Source: Fidelibacterota bacterium (GTDB lineage: Bacteria > Fidelibacterota > Marinisomatia > Marinisomatales > JABMOV01). From it: 10,049 nucleotides of DNA. Both the position numbers and the translations under genes were made by a program. The stretch is from contig JBHHUC010000066.1 of assembly GCA_046861395.1 (NCBI GenBank), positions 1-10,049 on the forward strand, in the 5' to 3' direction. The number at the start of each line of letters is the position of its first letter. Within the stretch, counting starts at the first letter, position 1. This document shows positions 1-7,459 of the stretch, piece by piece. The notes under the pieces were generated by a model, which saw only the letters and a list, made by a program, of their open reading frames with translations, did no database searches and was not told the origin of the DNA.

Positions 1-1
1 A

Positions 2-589
2 CCCTTCATCACAGCCCTTGGTGTTGGTGGTTTGGCCGTCTCATTGGCATTAAAGGATACGCTGGCAGATTTTTTCTCCGGCCTGCATATTCTTTTGAGT
101 CGAAAAGTTAGTCCCGGAAATTTCGTGGAACTGGATACCGGTGAACGGGGATACATTGAAAATATCACCTGGCGGAATACGTCCATGAAAGAACGTACCA
201 ATAATATAATTTCCATTCCCAACGCCCGGCTGTCCACCGCGATTGTGCGAAATTTCAATGCCATTGATTCCCGGTTTCGTGTGACTGTGGATGTGGGTGT
301 GGCGTATGACAGTGATCTGGAACAGGTTCGTGAAGTGACGCTGGATGTTGCCCGGCAGGTCGTACGCGATGTTCCCGGTGCAGTAAAGGATTTTGAACCA
401 ATCATGCGATATGTTCAATTTGCCGAATCAAGCATCAATTTTCAGATTTTATTCAGTGTCATGAAATACGGGGACCAGCATATGGTGGTCGATGAATTCA
501 TCCGCCGGTTACATAAACGATATCAACAAGAAAATATTGAAATTCCATTTCCTATTCGAACTATTATTCAACGTAAGGATGAAGCATGA
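2..589 (+). CDS. mscS: Small-conductance mechanosensitive channel (MscS family), 5'-truncated
   Basis: The frame is open from base 2 (PFITALGVGGLAVSLALKDTLADFFSG), matching the MscS TM3 'G..GLA.gLALqdTL.nffsG' signature. It is followed by the beta domain (G.IENITWRNT, IPNARL), VGVAYDSDLEQV and C-terminal IEIPFP. The track's TTG start at 32 is internal; the true start lies upstream of the window. Confidence 0.93.
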   Translation, partial: PFITALGVGGLAVSLALKDTLADFFSGLHILLSRKVSPGNFVELDTGERGYIENITWRNTSMKERTNNIISIPNARLSTAIVRNFNAIDSRFRVTVDVGVAYDSDLEQVREVTLDVARQVVRDVPGAVKDFEPIMRYVQFAESSINFQILFSVMKYGDQHMVVDEFIRRLHKRYQQENIEIPFPIRTIIQRKDEA

Positions 590-942
590 TACCGGCATTG
601 GGAGCTTTTCTGGCGGCGCTGGCCGTGATATTGGGCGCCTTCGGAGCTCATGGACTCCGGGACATTTTATCGGACGCACAAATGATGACCTTCCATACGG
701 CCGTGCAATATCAGATGTATCATGCCTTGGGTATGATACTAACAAAATCCACACCCCGTTTGGCGAAGGCTGGATGGTTATTTCTGGCCGGGATTGTTTT
801 ATTCTCAGGCAGTTTATATCTTTTAATTCTCACGGATATAAAACAGTTTGGCATGATTACGCCGTTAGGTGGAATTCTGTTTATTGCCGGTTGGACAATG
901 ATGGGAGTTATGCTATGGAAAGGAAGGCAAGATGCGGCTTAA
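586..942 (+). CDS. DUF423 / YgdD / TMEM256-family small membrane protein
   Basis: Motifs LGAFGAHGL, F.TAVQYQMYHAL, GIVLFSGSLY and ITPLGG..FIAGW are typical of DUF423. The start overlaps the mscS stop (ATGA at 586-589). Confidence 0.93.
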   Translation: MIPALGAFLAALAVILGAFGAHGLRDILSDAQMMTFHTAVQYQMYHALGMILTKSTPRLAKAGWLFLAGIVLFSGSLYLLILTDIKQFGMITPLGGILFIAGWTMMGVMLWKGRQDAA

Positions 943-1369
943 AATGAAACCATTCAACGAGGAAACCAGGCGTTATTATAGACATCATGATCATTTTCAT
1001 GAAGGAGACGCCGGTTTGGATCTGTTTATCATCAATAAACAAACTATCCAACCCGGCGAGACGGTGTATATACATTTATCCATCGCCTGTGAAAATGAGG
1101 AGGGAAGACCATATCTACTCATGCCCCGATCCAGTATTTCCAAAACACCATTACGGCTATGCAATTCCATCGGTTTAATCGATGGAGGATACCGGGGGGA
1201 AATTATGGCTGCCGTCGATCATATAAAGACCGAGCCCTATACCGTTCAGCCGGGAGAGCGACTCTTTCAGCTGGTGGCCATGGATGGCTCACCCATTCAC
1301 CTGGAACTGGTAGATGAATTGAGTACCACAACACGAGGATCAGGCGGGTTTGGCAGTACCGGAAAATAG
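932..1369 (+). CDS. dut: Trimeric dUTP diphosphatase (dUTPase)
   Basis: All five dUTPase motifs are present: AGLDL (I), PRSS (II), GLIDGGYRGEI (III), GERLFQL (IV) and RGSGGFGSTG (V). Purine-rich AAGGAAGG lies upstream, and the gene overlaps the DUF423 ORF by 11 nt. Confidence 0.95.
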   Translation: MRLKMKPFNEETRRYYRHHDHFHEGDAGLDLFIINKQTIQPGETVYIHLSIACENEEGRPYLLMPRSSISKTPLRLCNSIGLIDGGYRGEIMAAVDHIKTEPYTVQPGERLFQLVAMDGSPIHLELVDELSTTTRGSGGFGSTGK

Positions 1370-1391
1370 CAAGAAGGCAAGGAGAGACCGT

Positions 1392-3548
1392 ATGCTGACA
1401 AAGAAAATGCTATCACTTATGGTGAGTGGCCTGTTCTCATTCACCTTGCTGCTGGCAGGCAACGAAACGCTTACCATCCGCATGGCGGATAAAGAAACAG
1501 ATCATGTTAAATCCGGGGATAAACAATATAATTTGGTGGAAGAAGAATTATCCAATCCCCTCATGGTAAAAGTAGAACAGGCTGGAAAACCGGTGCCGGG
1601 AGTGTCGGTGTATTTCCAATTAATGTCGTCCCCACCCAAGGCCAAAGGAAGAGTGGTCCTTGATTCCGTTACCATAACGGACAACAGCGGTTTGGCCCAT
1701 GCCGATATCCGGCTTGGTTCCAAGGCCGGTGAATATATCATTTCCGCCAAAATATCCAATTCCGATCTGTCAGCCAACGAAGTGGTGTTTCACTGTTATG
1801 GCCGGGAAAGAAATTGGGTTTTTCTGCTCATTGTCGGATTATTCGGTGGTCTGGGACTCTTCCTCTACGGAATGGATATGATGAGTGAAGGCATGAAGAA
1901 AACCGCCGGAAATAAGATGCGGACCATCCTGGAAAAGCTCACTGCCAATCGGGTTGTGGCCCTTTTTGTCGGCGCCTTCGTAACGATGGTCATTCAGAGT
2001 TCCAGTGCTACAACCGTTATGCTGGTCAGTTTTGTCAATGCCGGGTTGATGCGATTTGTCCAAGCCCTGGGTGTCATTTTAGGAGCGGATATCGGGACCA
2101 CGGTCACGGCTCAGTTGATTGCGTTCAAAGTGACTGATTATGCCTTGATTATGGTGGCTTTGGGAGCGGTATTGACCATATTTGCCAAGAAAGATTCACA
2201 ACGCTATTTGGGGGAAGTTATTCTGGGATTTGGTCTCCTGTTTTATGGAATGCACCTCATGTCTCAGGCCATGTATCCTTTACGGACCTATGATCGCTTC
2301 ATTGATTTGCTCCTGCGATTAGAAAATCCCCTGTTAGGGATCCTGGTGGGAGCTTTATTCACGGCCCTGATTCAGAGCAGCAGCGCCTTTACAGGCATTA
2401 TCATTGTACTTGCCGTCCAGGGTGTCCTGACGCTGGAAGCAGGTATTCCCCTGATTATGGGCGCCAATATTGGCACCTGTGTTACGGCCGGTATTGCCAG
2501 CATTAATGCCACTCGTGATGCACGGCGTGTTGCCTTGGCTCATGTCATGTTTAAGATCATGGGTGTTCTCCTGTTCGCGTTCTGGATTCCCTGGTTTGCC
2601 GAATTGATTCGCTGGATGTCCCCGGTAAGCGATCTGGAAGGAGCGGCCAAACTGGCGGCCGAAACACCGCGACAGATTGCCAATGCCCATACGGTTTTTA
2701 ACGTAAGTCTGGCATTCGTATTTCTGCCATTTGTGAATCAGTTTGCCAACCTGCTATTGAAAATATTGCCGATTGAAGAAAAAATAGTTGATCGAGGTCT
2801 GAAGCCGTACGTGATGCATCTGGATAAAAATATGGTTGAAACTCCTGCCATTGCCATTGATCTGGTATTTGCAGAAATCGCAACGATTACCCGGCTGTTG
2901 CACCGTATGGTGGGCAGCGTGATAGAGCCGTTTCTGCGCCGACTCGATCAGCCGGATGTGAGTCACCCCGAGTTAACCCTGATTGAAGGGATTCATATGC
3001 GGGAAGAAAAGATCGATTTTCTACAGGAACAGGTATCGGATTATTTGGTCCTGATCAGTCGGCAGCATTTGAATCAGGATCAGGCCAAGGAAGTATTCGG
3101 ACTCATGTCGATTGTTAACGATATGGAAAGTATCGGTGATATTGTGGAGGAACGTATTTTGCCCCTGGCACTATCCTACACGCACGGGAAATACCAGTTT
3201 TCCGAAGATGGTAAGAAAGAGCTGTCCACTTATCATAAAAAAGTCATGAAACAAGTGTCGCGGCTGGGAAAGTTCTTCAGCAAATTTAAACGAAAACGAA
3301 TTTCCAAAATTATCAAGCGTGATGTAACCTATACCGAAATTGAGCGTGAATTACGCAACTACCACTTGGAACGGGTAGAAAAAGAACGGAAGGAATCCGT
3401 AAAGACGCATGAAATTCACATGGAACTCATGGATTTATTGCGCCAAATCAATGGCTTTATCACAAATATCGCCCGGACCTTGATTGTCATATTACCGGAG
3501 GAAGTAGAAACCACGGGGGAACAAGAGATTGCACCGGCTTCGAACTGA
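1392..3548 (+). CDS. Na+/phosphate cotransporter (SLC34/YjbB-like) with N-terminal signal peptide plus Ig-like domain and C-terminal PhoU-like region
   Basis: Two QSSS repeats (QSSSATT at 1995, QSSSAFT at 2373) with GADIGTT/GANIGTC, plus GGLGLFLYGM and RQIANAHTVFN. The C-terminal helical region has EEKIDFLQEQV and DMESIGD (PhoU-like). Start moved to ATG 1392 because AAGGAG at 1379-1384 sits 7 nt upstream and this avoids overlap with dut. Confidence 0.92.
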   Translation: MLTKKMLSLMVSGLFSFTLLLAGNETLTIRMADKETDHVKSGDKQYNLVEEELSNPLMVKVEQAGKPVPGVSVYFQLMSSPPKAKGRVVLDSVTITDNSGLAHADIRLGSKAGEYIISAKISNSDLSANEVVFHCYGRERNWVFLLIVGLFGGLGLFLYGMDMMSEGMKKTAGNKMRTILEKLTANRVVALFVGAFVTMVIQSSSATTVMLVSFVNAGLMRFVQALGVILGADIGTTVTAQLIAFKVTDYALIMVALGAVLTIFAKKDSQRYLGEVILGFGLLFYGMHLMSQAMYPLRTYDRFIDLLLRLENPLLGILVGALFTALIQSSSAFTGIIIVLAVQGVLTLEAGIPLIMGANIGTCVTAGIASINATRDARRVALAHVMFKIMGVLLFAFWIPWFAELIRWMSPVSDLEGAAKLAAETPRQIANAHTVFNVSLAFVFLPFVNQFANLLLKILPIEEKIVDRGLKPYVMHLDKNMVETPAIAIDLVFAEIATITRLLHRMVGSVIEPFLRRLDQPDVSHPELTLIEGIHMREEKIDFLQEQVSDYLVLISRQHLNQDQAKEVFGLMSIVNDMESIGDIVEERILPLALSYTHGKYQFSEDGKKELSTYHKKVMKQVSRLGKFFSKFKRKRISKIIKRDVTYTEIERELRNYHLERVEKERKESVKTHEIHMELMDLLRQINGFITNIARTLIVILPEEVETTGEQEIAPASN

Positions 3549-4440
3549 TCGGTTACTGAGCGGTATCGAATCCAGCCTGGACGCCATGCATGAAGATATT
3601 GGAATCCTGGCTGCTCCAGATTATCAGGAAGAAACGCTCCATCATTACCGCGTTAACGGGCGACGTATGACGACGATCACGGATTTGTGCTATCGTCTTA
3701 CCATGGACCAGGGATTCAAGAAAGCCCGGCGTCAATCCCGGGCTCTGGTGGTGCCTACTCGTAATCTACGCGACCTTGATGTCGCCTTGGCTTCATTACG
3801 AAACTTTCCACGACATGACTGGACGGATTCATTTTCGCTGACCCTGCAGCAACGAAAACAAAAAGCGTTTACGTTGTTTGAAACGAACCTAGTCAAATCC
3901 TGGCATCAGCAGTATGACCGGTTGAAGCGATTTGTCAGTGAATTCCGTAATAGGGATATCATTCCGGTGTATTCCCTAGCGACAATCATGGAAAACCGGA
4001 AAAATAAAATGCAAATGAAAAAAGAACACGCCCAACGTTATCCGGTTCAGGAAACGCTGCATAAATTACGCTTGGCCGTAAAGCGACTACGTTATTCCCT
4101 GGATACCGGTTTTCCAGGGGAATATCCAGAGACTATCAATGCGTTAAAACTCATTCAGGATGACCTGGGACGGGCCCATGATGCCGATGTCCAAATGGAT
4201 TTGGCTTTGAAAACATTAGCCGATCAAAATCATGTACTACACAATTTGCAAACACTGAGGTCAATCCTGAACCATTATGAAATAAGGGAAAGTGCTGGTT
4301 TAGACCTGATGCTGAAGGAAATACCTGAGGATGCTGGACGATATTTAAAGTTTTTATATCGTGAAAGAATGAATCATTATCTTTCATTTAGGCATAATTG
4401 GGAAGTAAATAACCATGAATTATCCATAATTTTCACGTAA
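3529..4440 (+). CDS. CHAD domain protein (polyphosphate-binding)
   Basis: Two CHAD half-repeats: LHHYRVNGRRM...RNLRDLDVAL and LHKLRLAVKRLRYSLD...LKLIQDDLGRAHDADV. The start is uncertain: TTG at 3529 (after a GGGGGA run, overlapping the upstream gene by 20 nt) or ATG at 3586. Confidence 0.9.
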   Translation: MHRLRTDRLLSGIESSLDAMHEDIGILAAPDYQEETLHHYRVNGRRMTTITDLCYRLTMDQGFKKARRQSRALVVPTRNLRDLDVALASLRNFPRHDWTDSFSLTLQQRKQKAFTLFETNLVKSWHQQYDRLKRFVSEFRNRDIIPVYSLATIMENRKNKMQMKKEHAQRYPVQETLHKLRLAVKRLRYSLDTGFPGEYPETINALKLIQDDLGRAHDADVQMDLALKTLADQNHVLHNLQTLRSILNHYEIRESAGLDLMLKEIPEDAGRYLKFLYRERMNHYLSFRHNWEVNNHELSIIFT

Positions 4441-4464
4441 CCCGAATTAAGATGATAGAATAAT

Positions 4465-5352
4465 ATGGCGCAAGAAAAAAAGTTAGATCCAATTGAATTA
4501 GCCAAAAATGTAAGGCTTTATTATTCTCCGAAAAAGATGACGGCTGAGGATATCATCCGGCAATCGATTGAAACGGTTAAACGTTCAGAAGACTTAAAAC
4601 CCTACCAGGCCGAATTAATCAAATTGCAGAATCATATTGAGAAGACCGGGCAGAAACTAATCATTTTATTTGACGGTCGCGACGCCTCGGGAAAAGGGGG
4701 TACGATCCGTCGCATCGTACGCTATATGAATGAAAAGCGTTATCGGGTAATCGCTCTGGGCAAGCCGACCGAAATCCAACGTACAGAATTACATATGAAG
4801 CGATACATTGAACAATTTCCCCATGCCGGAGAAACGGTATTATTTGACCGTAGCTGGTACAATCGCGCTCTGGTGGAACCGGTGCTGGGATTCTGTACAA
4901 AGGAGCAATACCACACATTCCTGAAACAAGTAAATACCTATGAAGAAAACTTCATTTCTGATGGAAAAACCATTCTGCTGAAATTATATTTTTCAGTTAG
5001 TAAAAAAGAACAGGCCCGGCGTTTTGATCGCCGCCGTCATGATCCTTTACGTCAATGGAAACTGAGTGAAGTGGATCTTCAGGCCCAGGAATTGTGGGAT
5101 GAGTTTACCGAGAAGAAATACCGCCTGTTATTCTTTACCCATACGAAAAAAAATCCCTGGTATATCATTCGGTCCAACAATAAACATTTGGCCCGTATGG
5201 AAACCATGAAATTGATTTTAAATTCCGTTCGCTATCGGGGACGGAATCGAAGCCTGGATTTTACGTTGAATCCCAAAATCGTCATACCTGGAAACGATGA
5301 AATTTTAAATATGAAACGACAAAAACAGAAGCATGGCCGATATAAGAAATAA
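4465..5352 (+). CDS. ppk2: Polyphosphate kinase 2, class I-like (copy A)
   Basis: Walker A DGRDASGKGGTI, Walker B region FDRSWYNRA.VEPV.GFC, and lid RF..RRHDPLRQWKLSEVD. Confidence 0.95.
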   Translation: MAQEKKLDPIELAKNVRLYYSPKKMTAEDIIRQSIETVKRSEDLKPYQAELIKLQNHIEKTGQKLIILFDGRDASGKGGTIRRIVRYMNEKRYRVIALGKPTEIQRTELHMKRYIEQFPHAGETVLFDRSWYNRALVEPVLGFCTKEQYHTFLKQVNTYEENFISDGKTILLKLYFSVSKKEQARRFDRRRHDPLRQWKLSEVDLQAQELWDEFTEKKYRLLFFTHTKKNPWYIIRSNNKHLARMETMKLILNSVRYRGRNRSLDFTLNPKIVIPGNDEILNMKRQKQKHGRYKK

Positions 5353-5366
5353 ATCAGGAGTTCATT

Positions 5367-6305
5367 ATGACTGAAACGACTAGCCCGAATGTCGCAAAGC
5401 CTGACAACGAATCGTCCGAACCGAAAAAAAGCAAAGTGAAAGCGAAAGTTCTATCGGAAGGGACATTGCTGAAAAACCTGGATGCCAATCCGAAGAAAAA
5501 TCGTATTCCTGTCTATGTCAAAAAGAAGATTATCGAATACGAAAAGGAATTAAAGCGGCTACAAATTGAACTCCTGAAAATGCAGAATCATGTAAAAGCC
5601 AAAGGGTTACGGGTCATCTTGTTATTTGAAGGAAGAGACGCCGCCGGGAAGGGCGGTACGATTAAACGGATTACCGAACATATGAACCCTCGTGGTGCAC
5701 GGGTTGTGGCGCTGGAGAAACCCAGTGACAGGGAGGCAACACAATGGTATTTCCAACGCTATGTGGCTCATCTTCCTGCTGCCGGTGAAATAGTTCTGTT
5801 TGATCGCAGTTGGTACAATCGGGCCATGGTGGAACCGGTGATGGGTTTTTGTACCGATGAGCAGAATAAACGATTCCTGAAATACACACCACTCTTTGAA
5901 CAAATGTTGGTTAAAGACGGCATCATCCTGTTCAAATTTTATTTTTCCGTATCAAAGTCGGTCCAGTTGAAACGATTTGATTCGAGGGAAACAGACCCGC
6001 TGAAACAATATAAAATTTCACCGGTTGACCGGTTGGCACAGAAGTACTGGGATCAGTATTCTATCCGCAAGTTTCAAATGCTGGTGGAAACCAACCGAAC
6101 CCGGTCGCCCTGGACCATTATCCGATCAGATGATAAGAAAAAAGCCCGGCTGAATTGCATAAAATATATTCTGACCAAGATGAAATATCGGGATCGCCTT
6201 CCCATGCGGGAATTACACTATGATCCGAAAATCGTTGTTTCCGGGATTGATGAAATTCGTCTCATGGAAGATAATCTTCTGAAACCCGGTGATCTCCCCG
6301 GATAA
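5367..6305 (+). CDS. ppk2: Polyphosphate kinase 2, class I (copy B)
   Basis: Motifs EGRDAAGKGGTIKRI, NPRGARVVAL.KPS.RE..QWYFQRY..HLP..GEIVLFDRSWYNRA and DPLKQYKISPVD. An SD (AGGAG) lies just upstream. Confidence 0.97.
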   Translation: MTETTSPNVAKPDNESSEPKKSKVKAKVLSEGTLLKNLDANPKKNRIPVYVKKKIIEYEKELKRLQIELLKMQNHVKAKGLRVILLFEGRDAAGKGGTIKRITEHMNPRGARVVALEKPSDREATQWYFQRYVAHLPAAGEIVLFDRSWYNRAMVEPVMGFCTDEQNKRFLKYTPLFEQMLVKDGIILFKFYFSVSKSVQLKRFDSRETDPLKQYKISPVDRLAQKYWDQYSIRKFQMLVETNRTRSPWTIIRSDDKKKARLNCIKYILTKMKYRDRLPMRELHYDPKIVVSGIDEIRLMEDNLLKPGDLPG

Positions 6306-6364
6306 AAGTCCTTTGGTGTTCCGAATCGTCCCCCGTAATCTTTCAGCTGTTTTTTAGAATATTA

Positions 6365-7456
6365 ATGAATCAGACTACGAAAGAAATCCTTGCCTTTGCC
6401 GGAGTCCTGGTATTGCTGTACATTTTTCTGGTCAGTATCGGATTAATGGGGGCGGCCTTTAAACTTTTCGGTAAATCGTTTGCGGTGCGTGTTTTTGAAA
6501 TGACATCCAGCCCCTATAATGGACTATTCATTGGTATTCTGGTCACCAGTTTGGTGCAGAGTTCTTCCACTACTACATCCATGGTTGTGGGGATGGTAGC
6601 CGGCGGTGCCTTGACGGTAACGACTGCAATTCCCATTGTGATGGGAGCCAATATCGGAACCAGTGTAACGAATACCATTGTATCGTTGGGGCATGTCGGT
6701 AGAAAGGAAGAATTGAGCCGGGCTTTTGCGGCCTCCACCGTCCATGACTTTTTCAACCTACTGGCCGTCCTGATAATTTTTCCTCTTCAATTAACCACCA
6801 ATTTCCTGGGGAAATTTGCTCACGGACTAGGTGTGATATTCAAGGAATCAGGTGGGTTAACATTCTCCAGTCCCATCAAAATGGTTACTAAGCCCACAAT
6901 TCACTGGATTGTGGATCTGGCCGATAAAAATGCCATAATTGTTTTGGTGGTGGGAATTTTGTTTCTGTTTATTGCCCTGCGATTCATTGTAAAACTATTA
7001 CGGTCGATAATTATCAAACGGGTCGAAACATTATTCGATAATTACATTTTTAAAAATGCTTTCCGGGCTTTCGGTTTCGGTATATTTCTGACGGTATTGG
7101 TCCAGAGCAGTTCTATCACGACCTCCATTATTATCCCTTTGGCGGGCGCCGGAGTGTTAACACTGATACAAATATATCCCTACACGCTGGGAGCCAATAT
7201 CGGTACGACGATAACGGCCATACTGGCCAGTCTGGTCACGGGAGAAATCGCACCGGTCACGGTGGCATTTTCTCATTTATTGTTTAATGTTATGGGAATT
7301 ATTATTATTACCGGGATTCCTTTTCTGCGATTGATTCCAGTGCGGCTGGCGCGCTGGATGGCGGCGAAGGCTGCAAAGAATCGTTTAACACCGTTTCTCT
7401 ATATTTTAGTCGTGTTTTTTCTGATACCAATTTTTTTAATTTTTGTCATGAGGTGA
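6365..7456 (+). CDS. nptA: Na+/phosphate cotransporter, NptA-like (membrane domain only)
   Basis: LVQSSSTTTSMVV (QSSS at 6557) with MGANIGTSVTNT, AFAASTVHDFFN, and VQSSSITTS (7103) with YPYTLGANIGTT and HLLFN. These motifs are characteristic of Vibrio NptA and SLC34 transporters. Confidence 0.92.
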   Translation: MNQTTKEILAFAGVLVLLYIFLVSIGLMGAAFKLFGKSFAVRVFEMTSSPYNGLFIGILVTSLVQSSSTTTSMVVGMVAGGALTVTTAIPIVMGANIGTSVTNTIVSLGHVGRKEELSRAFAASTVHDFFNLLAVLIIFPLQLTTNFLGKFAHGLGVIFKESGGLTFSSPIKMVTKPTIHWIVDLADKNAIIVLVVGILFLFIALRFIVKLLRSIIIKRVETLFDNYIFKNAFRAFGFGIFLTVLVQSSSITTSIIIPLAGAGVLTLIQIYPYTLGANIGTTITAILASLVTGEIAPVTVAFSHLLFNVMGIIIITGIPFLRLIPVRLARWMAAKAAKNRLTPFLYILVVFFLIPIFLIFVMR

Positions 7457-7459
7457 AAA

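Noticed and set aside
1350..1391. Track's longer N-terminus (TTG 1350) for the Na/Pi transporter
   Set aside because: It overlaps the dut 3' end. ATG 1392 has a well-spaced AAGGAG and yields a normal signal-peptide-like N-terminus.
5340..5370. Possible split or read-through two-domain (class II) PPK2
   Set aside because: The two ORFs are in different frames, each is full length with intact Walker motifs, and the second has its own SD.
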